DNA of 64,000 bases from an uncultured Phycisphaerales bacterium (lineage in GTDB: Bacteria; Planctomycetota; Phycisphaerae; Tepidisphaerales; Tepidisphaeraceae), in contig CAVWLP010000002.1 in NCBI GenBank assembly GCA_963755915.1, forward strand, positions 3,616,001 through 3,680,000, in the 5' to 3' direction. Of this stretch, positions 23,979 through 33,623 are shown piece after piece. The notes below the pieces were generated by a model that worked only from the letters and a program-made list of their open reading frames with translations, had not been told where the DNA came from and did not search any database. The position numbers were made by a program, and so were the translations under genes. Within the stretch, counting starts at the first letter, position 1, and every line of letters begins with the position of its first letter.

Positions 23979-25609
23979 AGCGGCTGATGACGATTGTGGT
24001 GTCGGCAATCATGATCGCCGGCGCTCTGGCCGTGCTCGTCTTCGGACCCAGGCCACACGAAAACTCTGTGCAGGGTCGCGTTCACGTTCAATATTGGGAA
24101 AAATGGACCGGGCTCGAAGCGCAGCAGGCGCAGGAAGTGGTCGACGCGTTCAACAGTACCGTCGGGAAGGAAAAGGGGATTTGGGTCGACATGACGTCGA
24201 TGAGCCAGATCGATCGAAAGACGTTGATCTCGACCGCGGCTGGCGTTCCCCCGGATGTCGCCGGGTTGTGGGATGGGCAGGTCCTGCAATATGCGTCAAT
24301 GAACGCCCTGGAGCCGCTGGACGACTACGCCAGGCAATATGGAATGACGCGGGATAAGTATAAGCCCGTATTTTACGATGGTTGTAAATACAACGGAACC
24401 TTATACGCCATTCCCAGCACCGTATGGTGTATCGCGCTCCTCTGGAATAAGGCTGTGTTCCTGGAAAAAGCGGCGGAAATTCGTGCCGCGGGTCTGGACC
24501 CCGACCGCGCGCCGCAGACCATCGACGAATTGGACAAATATGCCGCGGCGATCGACACGTGGGAGGGCAGCGGCAAAGACCGACGGCTGAAGTTGACCGG
24601 ATATATCCCGCTTGAGCCGGGAACGGCAACCAATGAGATGGGATATTGGTTTGGCGCGCCAGTCGCCGATCCGACGGGGACCAGAGTGCTACTTAATTCG
24701 CCGGAAATGATGCGGACTTACAACTGGATTCGCGGTTACAGCGAGCGGCTGGGAGAGCGGCAGTTGGAGGAATTTCGCAGCGGCATGAGCGCGGGGGCGA
24801 CGAGCCTCTTCGATACGCCCCAGAACCCCTTTCTCGTGGGATGGAATTCCATGGTCGCCCAGGGGCCGTGGATGGCGGCGTTCATAGAGAAATACGATTC
24901 GCAGTTCGATCGGTGGCATGTGCCGGCGGATCAGCTCAAGCGGGAAGCGGATTTCGGATTGATCCGTCCGGGGATGACCCTTGACGATGTTCGCAAAATC
25001 CTGGGGACGGAAGACTCGCAATCGGGTGAAACCCGGCAGTGGCGCGCGGGGATCAAGAATGTCAACATCACCTTCGCTGATGGGATCGTGACCGACGCCC
25101 AATGCCCCCTACTGCCTGCCGAGCAGCGAAAGCAATATTGCCAGTGGGGCGCCGCGCCCTTTCCCTCGGCCGTCCCGGGGCTCGATGACGTAACCTATGC
25201 CGGAATGGATGTCTGGGTGATCCCCAGCACGTCCAAGCACAAGAAGGAGGCATTTGAATTCATCGCCTTCGCGAGCCGGCAGGACCAGATCGAGAAGCTC
25301 GCCTCGCTGCACTACAACCTGTCGCCGCTGAAAGAGGAGAGCTTCGAGTATCGGGACTCTCATCCCAATGCCTACATCGACGTATACGAGAAGCTCGCAT
25401 CAAGCCCCAACGCGCGCCCGATTCCGCGTCTAATTAATTGGCAGCAGATCAGTGACGAGCTAACCCAGGCGGCCCAGCGCTCGGAAGAACTCGAAGGCAC
25501 CACGAAAGAAATTCTGGATCAGACTCAAGCTCGAGGGCAGCGCGAATTGAACAAGGCATTGGGCCTGCCCGAGGATTCGAACCTGGCGCTCAGCGGCGCG
25601 AGTGATTGA
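23975..25609 (+). CDS. Carbohydrate ABC transporter substrate-binding protein
   Basis: N-terminal anchor, YWEKWTG, AAGVPPDV, LYAIP..LLWNK, QGPW, SKHKKEAFEFI. Confidence 0.9.
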   Translation: MKRLMTIVVSAIMIAGALAVLVFGPRPHENSVQGRVHVQYWEKWTGLEAQQAQEVVDAFNSTVGKEKGIWVDMTSMSQIDRKTLISTAAGVPPDVAGLWDGQVLQYASMNALEPLDDYARQYGMTRDKYKPVFYDGCKYNGTLYAIPSTVWCIALLWNKAVFLEKAAEIRAAGLDPDRAPQTIDELDKYAAAIDTWEGSGKDRRLKLTGYIPLEPGTATNEMGYWFGAPVADPTGTRVLLNSPEMMRTYNWIRGYSERLGERQLEEFRSGMSAGATSLFDTPQNPFLVGWNSMVAQGPWMAAFIEKYDSQFDRWHVPADQLKREADFGLIRPGMTLDDVRKILGTEDSQSGETRQWRAGIKNVNITFADGIVTDAQCPLLPAEQRKQYCQWGAAPFPSAVPGLDDVTYAGMDVWVIPSTSKHKKEAFEFIAFASRQDQIEKLASLHYNLSPLKEESFEYRDSHPNAYIDVYEKLASSPNARPIPRLINWQQISDELTQAAQRSEELEGTTKEILDQTQARGQRELNKALGLPEDSNLALSGASD

Positions 25610-26504
25610 GGCAAAAACGATGGCCCGGGAAGTTCGCAATTTCGGCAAAGGCATGGCGTTCCTCTCGCCATGGCTGGCGGGGTTTCTAATTTTCACGCTA
25701 ACGCCGATCGTCCTGCTGTTTTATTACAGCCTGACCAAATTCGATCTGCTCCAGCATCCGCGGTTTGTAGGTGCGGGGAATTACGCCGATTTAATGAAGG
25801 ACGGGCTGTTCTGGAAGGCGACGGTAAACACGTTTTATTACACCGCGATGGCGCTGCCGGCGGGATTACTTGTGTCGCTGGGTTTGGCGCTGCTTCTGAA
25901 CACCGACATTCCCGGACGCGCGGTGTGGCGGACGATCATATTCATGCCCTCGCTGGTACCGATCGTTTCGACGGCGATGGTTTGGATGTGGCTGCTGAAT
26001 CCGCGCCTGGGGCTGATCAACGGAATCCTGCAAGCCTTGCACATTCCGCGCGCGCCGTGGCTCTCCGACCCGCTTTGGGCCATGCCCACGCTGGCGATGA
26101 TGAGCCTCTGGGGTGTCGGTAATTCCGTGGTGATCTATCTCGCGGGGTTGCAGGACGTTCCCGTGGAATTGTACGAAGCCGCCGAACTCGACGGCGCGGG
26201 CCTGATCGGACGCGTCTGGCACGTGACGATTCCCATACTCTCTCCTGTAATCTTCTTCAACGTGGTGATGGCGATCATCGGGGCGCTACAGGTTTTTGAC
26301 GTACCGTTCATCATGACCAGCGGCGGCCCCGTGCACATGACCTATTTTCTCTCCATGTATCTTTACGACAACGCGTTCGTCTATCTTCAGATGGGCTACG
26401 CGAGCGCGATGGCCTGGATCATGCTCCTTTTTGTCATGGCGATGACCGGCGTCGCATTTCTGTTTGGCAGGCGGCTGGTGCACTATCAGGGGAAAGCGAC
26501 ATGA
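25602..26504 (+). CDS. Carbohydrate ABC transporter permease (MalF-like)
   Basis: FLSPWLAGF, RTIIFMPS, EAA loop LYEAAELDGA, MGYASAMAW. Confidence 0.95.
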   Translation: MIEAKTMAREVRNFGKGMAFLSPWLAGFLIFTLTPIVLLFYYSLTKFDLLQHPRFVGAGNYADLMKDGLFWKATVNTFYYTAMALPAGLLVSLGLALLLNTDIPGRAVWRTIIFMPSLVPIVSTAMVWMWLLNPRLGLINGILQALHIPRAPWLSDPLWAMPTLAMMSLWGVGNSVVIYLAGLQDVPVELYEAAELDGAGLIGRVWHVTIPILSPVIFFNVVMAIIGALQVFDVPFIMTSGGPVHMTYFLSMYLYDNAFVYLQMGYASAMAWIMLLFVMAMTGVAFLFGRRLVHYQGKAT

Positions 26505-27430
26505 GCACGATTCGAGTGACTTCCTCGCCTATTGTGGCCACGGGCGCGCTCCTGACGCCGGTCGTGGCGCGTCGGAAGGCGCGCAAAAACGCAGCCAATC
26601 GCGCACTGGCGCTGATCGCCATCATCGTTATTTGCGCGGGTTATCTGCTGCCGTTTGTGTGGATGCTGTCGACGAGTCTCAAGCGTGTGGACCAAACGAT
26701 GACCAATCCGCCGCGGCTGATTCCCAATCCGGTTGAGCCGGGAAACTACTGGAAGGTGATCACCTCGGATCGGATGGATTTCCCGTTGTACACGCGGAAC
26801 ACGCTGGTGATCGCGGGGCTAACGGTACTGGGGACGACGATTTCCAGCGCGATCGTGGCGTATGGATTCGCGAAGATCCGCTTTCGCGGGAGGAGCGTGC
26901 TGTTTGCGATCATGCTTTCGACGATGATGATTCCGTTTCCGGTTATGATGGTGCCGCTGTTCATTGTCTTTCGGTTCATCGGCGACCATACACCGCTGCA
27001 GATGCTGGGAACATTCAAGCCGTTGTGGTTGCCGGCTTGGTTTGGCAACGCGTTCAGCATTTTCCTTCTGCGGCAATTCTTCCTGACGATTCCGGACGAC
27101 ATCGGCGAGGCGGCGCGGATCGACGGATGCACGGAATGGGGCATTTTCTGGCGGATCATGTTGCCATTGAGCCGGCCGGCGCTGGCGGTCGTTGCGCTGT
27201 TTTCGTTTATGTGGGCGTGGAACAATTTTCTCGGCCCGCTGCTGTTTTTGCAGCAGCCCGACCAGTACACGCTGGCGCTGGGATTACAGGCGTATCAGAG
27301 CCAGCAAGGGGGCACAGATTGGAATCTGCTGATGGCGGCGTCGATGCTGATCATGCTGCCGGTGATCATGCTGTTCTTCCTGGCGCAGAAGACATTTATC
27401 CGGGGAATCGCGACAACGGGGCTGAAGTAG
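26501..27430 (+). CDS. Carbohydrate ABC transporter permease (MalG-like)
   Basis: PFVWMLSTSLK, AYGFAK, FLLRQFF, EAARIDG, LPLSRP, WNNFLGPL, FIRGIATTGLK. Confidence 0.95.
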   Translation: MSTIRVTSSPIVATGALLTPVVARRKARKNAANRALALIAIIVICAGYLLPFVWMLSTSLKRVDQTMTNPPRLIPNPVEPGNYWKVITSDRMDFPLYTRNTLVIAGLTVLGTTISSAIVAYGFAKIRFRGRSVLFAIMLSTMMIPFPVMMVPLFIVFRFIGDHTPLQMLGTFKPLWLPAWFGNAFSIFLLRQFFLTIPDDIGEAARIDGCTEWGIFWRIMLPLSRPALAVVALFSFMWAWNNFLGPLLFLQQPDQYTLALGLQAYQSQQGGTDWNLLMAASMLIMLPVIMLFFLAQKTFIRGIATTGLK

Positions 27431-28649
27431 TTTGTTTTCGGCTCTGCGATGCGATTTTTTGTTTTCGGGCACGCAGTACAAACCGTATCCTTGACTTTCC
27501 AGATTCGCAGTCCATTCAAGTTATACTTTAGGAGTCGTGAAGGAACCGATCTGCTTCGAGCAGGCCGCGCGTGGCCACCAAGCGTTATTGGGAAGTCGTG
27601 TTCGGCACGTTTGGGGAGGCGTTCATATAGACTGTACTGCTTTCTGTCGCTGCGGATTTGAATGGAAACATGGTCCGTCGCCACTGTGGACGACGAGGCC
27701 CATTTCGCGTCATCCTGGCTGGGCCGCCAATATGAGGCGGCGAATTCGAAATCAGGTTCCGATTCGAATGCTGGGATTAAAAACCGCGGCATTGCCCGCA
27801 AGTTGGCCGGCGACTAACAACTAACAACGCGACGGCAGTGGGGGGGTGCTGTGAATCCATCGCGACCGAGACCGCGCGATCCCTCCCCCGATGGGCTGAT
27901 TTCACCGAGTTATCACGACCGATGTCACGGGCGCGAAGTTGAAAGCTTTGCGCCTTGATAGCTAAAGGGCCGGTGATCTGGATTGCTGGATTGGGCCACG
28001 AACAAGATCTACGGATATGGCTGGTTTGGAGGCGCCAAAGGGACCGAGCCCGTTCAAGTATCCTGACGCAATTTGCCTAGAAATTTAGCGCTATCGAACG
28101 GTGCCGGTTTGTCGTTTACATTCTCGATCCGGACAACCGAAGAATCGTCTGGGCCATTCGCAATTTGCCATGAACTGTTGGGGAGCCTGCACATTTCTCA
28201 GCGGGTTTTGCGCCAGGACCAATCGTGAGAAAGGCGATAGCCCAATGCAATTAATTTTTATAGTTATTTAGCGCCACAGGGGCGGGATTGCCGATTTATT
28301 TCCCTCCCCTTTTATCAGGCGTTTTGCACTTACGCGAATGCAAACGAACTCGATTCTCGCCTACCGGATTCATTTAATCAGAATTGCTAGCCTTTGTGAT
28401 CCTCGACTATGGCCATACGATTCATAATGTGCTTGTGGACCGCAATTTTGACCGGGATCCGGATAGCCAACACAGCCCAAATCCCGCATCGCGCTCGCAC
28501 CCAACGCACGTCCGATAATATTTTTCTTGATATGCAGCTCGGTGGCGGGCATAATTTGGTTCGCTCTAATTGCATCCAACGGTTTCTCCGACGGTGCGGA
28601 AACCATTTCGTTCACTGTTTCCGGGCATCGGGAAGGGAGAGAAGCAGTG

Positions 28650-29494
28650 ATGAAATCCACATTTCCGGGCAACGGGTTGTTTTTTTTCGGCGGTTTCGGC
28701 AAAGCGAAGTCGGCGCGGTTTTCGGCGCTGGCGATCGCGGTTCTGTGCTGCGCGTGTTTGGCTTTGCGGGCGGCGGGGGATACGGTGGATGCAGGGTGGG
28801 ATTTGTTTCAAACCCAGAGCGGCAGCGAGTTGTCCGGCGCCGCGCTGGTCGGCGTGCCGCTGCAAACGTTTAACTTCGGCGGCACCATCGGCGTTCAAAA
28901 TGTGGGCGTTACCGACACGATCGTTCAACGGCTAGCGGGCGCAACGATCCCAGCCCCGGCACGGGCACCGGCAGCGCCACGGTTAATACTCAAATGGTCG
29001 CCATGCAGCTCATGACTGCCAGTGCGACGACCTTCGGCGGCATGTTCCCGTTGGACACCTATTACATCACGCTTGATCCAATCACCCCGTCCACCGGTAC
29101 GCTGAACATCAACTTCAATACCACCGACACTGGCGGAACCTTTACTTCCGCCCTGGACGTCGTTTTCGACATCCACGCCGGCAGCCTCACCGGAACTGTT
29201 GTGGGTACCGACAGTCTAACCCTCTCCAGCGGCAGCGAGCCCTGGCAACGACCGCCAACTCCCGGGGCGATCGTGATCGATGGCGTCAACCATAATCTCG
29301 ACGGCACGGACATCAATTCGGATTTCTGGCCGGGGCCGCAGTTGCCGACGATGGACGAGTTCCTTGCCGGCAAATTCAACCAGTCCCTCGACAACACCGC
29401 CGCCGTACCGCTGCCGTCTTCGCTATGGGCCGGGGCCGTCCTCTTCTGCGGGATCGCCGGCATCAAGCTCTACCGCCGCCAATTCTCGGCCTGA
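28650..29494 (+). CDS. VPLP-type (PEP-CTERM variant) sorted surface protein; indel near 28955
   Basis: ORFs 28527-29015 and 28994-29494 join. Signal peptide, TDTIVQR, C-terminal AVPLPSSLWAGAVLFCGIAGIKLYRR. Confidence 0.75.
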
Positions 29495-30107
29495 GGAATT
29501 GTGCAAGAACAACTTGGCAGAAGCCCCCACCCCAACTCTTCTCCGGAGTACCCAACATTTTTTTGGCTCCGCGCTTTATTTTTGCTCGCGCTTCGAGGCC
29601 TTCCGGCTGTGGCCAACGTTGATGGATAAGGGCATTCGAAGTCTCCTTGCCCGGCTGGGGCGGTGAAAAGCGACGACAAAAACAGGAATTCGGCGATCGC
29701 TGATGGCGATCGGAACCGCTCATGTATCATTGCGCAAAACGGGCGGAAATTTAGCGGTTGAACTCGATCGATTGCGGGCGGACATGGTGTCCGTCCATGA
29801 GGACCCCAATTATGTAATTGATGACGTCTGTGTCGGCCGGAAAGAGCCGAGACGTCCGAAAACGAAACGTTGTACTCCTGGCCGCCTTGAAACAGTGCGG
29901 AAGCCGCCAAGCGATAAGTTGTGTTTTCCTCCGGTAAGTTTACGTTCCGAGCGACCCGTATTGTACGGGTTTGCGCTTCGCAGATTACTGAAAAAGGCTG
30001 AAAAAGCATGCGACAGTATAAGAAGGCTTGCGAAGCGCATCGGACGCAGTAAAATGCTCGGAAATTCCAAGTGATTTCGCGCTTTTTGGCGCTGCTTTTC
30101 ATCAAGA

Positions 30108-31418
30108 TCAAACCCGTAAGGTCACAGGTTCGAGCCCTGTATCGCCCATTTCCACTTCTTCGCATTGCGTCGCATCATTTCGCACAGTATCGCAAGCTCC
30201 GGCAGATGGAGCATTTGCGGAATCTGAGCCGGAACATGGTGCGACATGCTGCGACGCCTTGCGAGCAGATGCTGCACCGGATTCTGCACCGCCTGTCTCA
30301 GACGCTGCTTCCGCCGCCTTTGCAAAATGCTCATCGGTGATCTGAAGGTAGTGATCGCGCGCTACCACCTCGCTGTTGCCAATCCAGGCACAGACCACAT
30401 GAGCAGGCCAGCTTTCCGTCAGTTCCGTCTGCCGTGACGACCGAAGATTCTGAAAGAGCTTTGGCCACGGCTCGATCCCGGCTTTGGCAAGAATCCGGAG
30501 GAATTGCGTGCGAATGTTGACGGCCGGATTGCGGTATCGGGTGATGACATACGTGGCGCCCTCTTCCGCCTGGGCGAACGCTTTCAAAAGGTGTGATTTG
30601 AGTTCAGGAAACAGCGGAATGAGCCTCGACTCTTTCCCGACGTGGTGCTCCGTCTTGCTCGCCCGGATGAGAATTTTCGATTGATCCCACAGCACGTCGC
30701 CCCAGCGAAGCGCCAGGACTTCACTCGGCACCCTCACGCCCCCGTACCGTGCCAGTGCAATGATTAGTTTCCACTCGACATCAGGAGCCGCGGCAATCGC
30801 CTTCTCGATTACCGCCCGACTGATAAAACGCTGCCGCTGCGGGTTCTTCTGCGACCCCGCCTTAACCTTTGAAAAGGGACTTTTCGCAATCCGCTCACCA
30901 TCGACAGCATCTTTGAAGAATTGACGTGCACGGAGCACGATTTTTGCCACATAGGCCGAGGAATGCTTCGCCGAGAGGTCCCGTTTGAAATCCAATGCGT
31001 CGGCAACGGTGATCGTATGGACCGACTTATCCTTCCCAAAAAACTTAACCAGCTTATCCCGTGATTGCTTGAGGGTCGTGATTGACCACGGCTTCATATC
31101 GGCCCGTCGGCGGTCGATGTAATCATCCACCATTTTTGCCAGGGTGAGAGGACCGTCGCTCGAATGTTTTCGGGCGGACGTTAGACGGGTACGCGCCAAA
31201 CGGTCGTGCAATTCGTCGCTGATAGAAGCCAGCCAGTTGACCGTATCGACGTGCAATGGCATTCCCGTCTTGATTGCCCCGATCAGGCGTTCGACATGCA
31301 GCTTGACCCCTTCGGCTGTCCGCTGGTCGCACTTGCCGAGTCGAACGCTCCGGCGTTTCTCATCAAGTCCCACAAACTGAATCGCTCTTCGCCCGCTTTC
31401 ATTGGTGATGCTCGCCAT
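30108..31418 (-). CDS. Tyrosine-type site-specific integrase
   Basis: RRSVRLGK arm domain, SAM-like region, ARYGGVRVPSEVLALRWGD, FQNLRSS, WIGNS, HYLQ. Confidence 0.95.
   Translation of the reverse strand: MASITNESGRRAIQFVGLDEKRRSVRLGKCDQRTAEGVKLHVERLIGAIKTGMPLHVDTVNWLASISDELHDRLARTRLTSARKHSSDGPLTLAKMVDDYIDRRRADMKPWSITTLKQSRDKLVKFFGKDKSVHTITVADALDFKRDLSAKHSSAYVAKIVLRARQFFKDAVDGERIAKSPFSKVKAGSQKNPQRQRFISRAVIEKAIAAAPDVEWKLIIALARYGGVRVPSEVLALRWGDVLWDQSKILIRASKTEHHVGKESRLIPLFPELKSHLLKAFAQAEEGATYVITRYRNPAVNIRTQFLRILAKAGIEPWPKLFQNLRSSRQTELTESWPAHVVCAWIGNSEVVARDHYLQITDEHFAKAAEAASETGGAESGAASARKASQHVAPCSGSDSANAPSAGACDTVRNDATQCEEVEMGDTGLEPVTLRV
30112..30148 (+). other. 3' half of a tRNA (probably Val), att-site core; not a complete tRNA
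   Basis: ACCCGTAAGGTCACAGGTTCGAGCCCTGTATCGCCCA contains the 3' anticodon stem, T-arm and acceptor 3' strand. No matching GGGCGAT 5' half upstream. Overlaps the integrase C-terminus (MGDTGLEPVTLRV). Confidence 0.85.
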
Positions 31419-31421
31419 GAC

Positions 31422-31631
31422 TCATGCTCCAGATTCAACCTGCTGCCGCGTCCAATTTTCCAAATCGACCACGCGATACCGAACGCTTTTACCGATACGC
31501 ACCGCCGGGATTATTCGATCCCGCGTCAGTTGCCAGAGTGTCCTCGGGCTGACGCAAAGCCGTCGAGCGGCTTCGCGGCAATCCACCAAAATGACGGATG
31601 CGGGACTGCTGTTCGGCTTTCTCATCATCAT
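31422..31631 (-). CDS. Excisionase-like HTH_17 protein
   Basis: REAARRLCVSPRTLWQLT..IPAVRIGKSVRY, located 3 nt upstream of the integrase start. Confidence 0.88.
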   Translation of the reverse strand: MMMRKPNSSPASVILVDCREAARRLCVSPRTLWQLTRDRIIPAVRIGKSVRYRVVDLENWTRQQVESGA

Positions 31632-31733
31632 ACGATCTCTGCGAACGGACGGATCAAATGACTTGACGGATTCCTTCCGCAATCCCCGCGCGGCTTCGCG
31701 CGGTGCGGTGTCCTTCAAACAATATCTGTATAG

Positions 31734-31770
31734 AAAAAAAGGGCGGGATGGCCTTGGCCACATCCCGCCC
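31734..31770 (-). terminator. Rho-independent terminator
   Basis: GGGCGGGATG / CATCCCGCCC stem (31741-31770) followed by T7 on the minus strand. Confidence 0.8.
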
Positions 31771-31786
31771 GCCGGATTCGACCCGA

Positions 31787-31912
31787 CTACGCTTCAGGTA
31801 GATTGGTCCCGTCGGGCTTATCCTTGGCCTTCACAGGCTCTTCGCTCATTTTGTTCGACAGGCCCTTCATCAAAATGAGAAAGGCCAGCAGGATCAATAA
31901 CAGCGTCGTCAT
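31787..31912 (-). CDS. 41-aa single-TM small protein (absent from the ORF track)
   Basis: AAGAAAGGA RBS, MTTLLLILLAFLILMKGLSNKMSEEPVKAKDKPDGTNLPEA, followed by the terminator. Confidence 0.6.
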   Translation of the reverse strand: MTTLLLILLAFLILMKGLSNKMSEEPVKAKDKPDGTNLPEA

Positions 31913-31945
31913 TGGTGTTTCCTTTCTTAAAATGTTGCTGCCGGC

Positions 31946-32316
31946 TTACAGGTCCATTCCCCCATCATCCCGCCCACGCTCATCCCGGTCGGCGCCGGCA
32001 CGGGCGAGAATCGAGTCATCTTCGAGCTCTGGCGATTCTTCCCGCCGCGCTTCGGTCACTTCGCCGGGTGTGGCCATGCCCGGCATCGCGTAGTTCGTCG
32101 GCTGAGCGATTGGCGAATCGGCCAACGGCAACGCGGCCCTCAGTTCAGCAAGCCCCTGACGGAAGTACCCCGACAAGGCCGTTGACCGTACTGGTAATGT
32201 TGCTGCGCGTCCTTTCATTGAGCTTTGCAAAGGCCTTCCAAAACTTCACGGCGTTGTCCAAATCCGCGAGCCGCCGAGGGTCCCGTTCCAAACGCTCAGC
32301 TTCCGTCAAACACGCC
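31946..32316 (-). pseudogene. 5'-truncated hypothetical protein of the element
   Basis: Protein-like segments EAERLERDPRRLADLDNAVKFWKAF and YFRQGLAELRAAL..TPGEVTEAR..RDERGRDDGGMDL lie in two frames; no credible start. Confidence 0.4.
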
Positions 32317-32317
32317 C

Positions 32318-33109
32318 AGCCTTGCCAAGGGCACTGCACTCAAAACCCTCAACGATATCGATGTCGCCTTCTACGTGAGTGCCGGCAAAACTCCCACTGC
32401 CGAAGCCGACCTGCTCAAATGGCTCGCCGAACGACTCCGCGAAGCCTATCCCCAGATGAAGCCAGATCAGATTCAGCCAAATAATCATTCCGTGACGATC
32501 AAGTTCGCGGTCAGCGGCTTGAATGTCGATGTGGTGCCGGTGCAATACGCCGGTGGTGCAGATGACCGCGGCTATCTCTTCGCGACCGACGGCGGCAAGC
32601 CGGTACTCACTAGCATTCCGTTACACTTGAAGTTCATTCGCAAGCGGAAGGACCGGCAAAAGACGCATTTTGCCCAGATTGTGCGCCTGATCAAATGGTG
32701 GGTGCGATTGCAGAAGACAAACGATGACGCGTTTCGCCTTAAGTCCTTCATGACCGAGATGATTGTCGCGCATGTTGCCGACGCGGGGGCGGACTACAGC
32801 GACTATACGATCGCCATGGAGAAGGTGTTTACCTACATTGTGAAGTCACGGCTGAAGACGAGGATCTACTTCACAGACTATTACTCAGCCTCAAAACTGC
32901 CCGGCCCGACCGGCAAGCCAATCGAAATCTTCGATCCGGTCAATGAGATCAACAATGTCGCGGCCATCTACGACGAGACGCATCGTCAAAAGATCGTTGC
33001 GGCAGCACAGCAGGCTCTGGAATCCATCTCCGAAGCGCGGTTTGCAACTACGCGTGGCCGTGCGGTCGAGTGCTGGCACGATGTTTTGGGGCCTTCTTTC
33101 CGAGGATAA
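32318..33109 (+). pseudogene. cdnC: CBASS CD-NTase (CdnC-like), N-terminally truncated
   Basis: SLAKGTALKTLNDIDVAFY, GLNVDVVPV, TSIPLHL, FAQIVRL, KSFM, DPVN..NNVA and C-terminal W..VLGPSFRG are colinear with CdnC. Roughly 60 N-terminal residues, including the G of the GS motif, are absent in all frames. Confidence 0.85.
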
Positions 33110-33113
33110 TCCG

Positions 33114-33623
33114 ATGAGTTACACGACGACCAAAACCACCACATTCACAATCACCAACGCACGCTACCTGGCGTCGAAGGTCGCCGCTGATATGCACCTT
33201 TGTGCGCAATATTACGGCAAGCCCTCCGAGCAAAATATCCGCGAATATGCCGAGGAACTGGCCCAATATATCAACGAGGGCTATCTCAGTGAGTACGAAT
33301 TCGGTTTTAAGAAGGACGACAAACGGCTCGTCACTTGGCGCTACAGAATAGACGCTAACGGACTGCTTACGACCGACGATCGGCCGGGAAAAATTGTCGC
33401 CTATGTCGATATCGCAGGAGCAACCTTTTTCAACTTCCTGACCCAGAGCAGCCGCTTCCTCAACCTGTCTTCCAACGACCAAGCCAAGTTCGAGGCGAGC
33501 CTGCCTGTCACGCGCACTTCCGGCCACGCGCCCTCTGATGGTAACGGCTACTGGACCAGTGACCGGAATTATTACTCGTCCGGCCAGGGACTTGGCCGGC
33601 AAACCTTTCAGCCACTGACATGA
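33114..33623 (+). CDS. cap7: Bacterial HORMA-domain protein of type III CBASS
   Basis: TTFTITNARYLASKVAADM..YGKPS..YAEEL..GYL..DDRPGKI..GATF..DRNYYSSG is colinear with the CBASS HORMA; lies between CD-NTase and ATPase. Confidence 0.9.
   Translation: MSYTTTKTTTFTITNARYLASKVAADMHLCAQYYGKPSEQNIREYAEELAQYINEGYLSEYEFGFKKDDKRLVTWRYRIDANGLLTTDDRPGKIVAYVDIAGATFFNFLTQSSRFLNLSSNDQAKFEASLPVTRTSGHAPSDGNGYWTSDRNYYSSGQGLGRQTFQPLT

Noticed and set aside
27295-27801. 168-aa minus-strand ORF
   Set aside because: It overlaps the permease, has no recognisable motif and has atypical composition.
28557-28575. Sigma54 promoter upstream of the VPLP gene
   Set aside because: The GG to GC spacing is 12 nt, not the required 10.
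30073-30148. Complete tRNA-Val gene
   Set aside because: No 5' acceptor strand or D-arm; only the 3' 37 nt are tRNA-like.
29470-30165. 231-aa minus ORF and overlapping ORFs left of the att site
   Set aside because: It begins within the att/integrase tail and has no protein-like motifs; probably non-coding element end.
32225-32317. TTG-initiated full-length CD-NTase
   Set aside because: The first 31 residues do not resemble the CdnC N-terminus, there is no RBS, and the GS glycine is missing.
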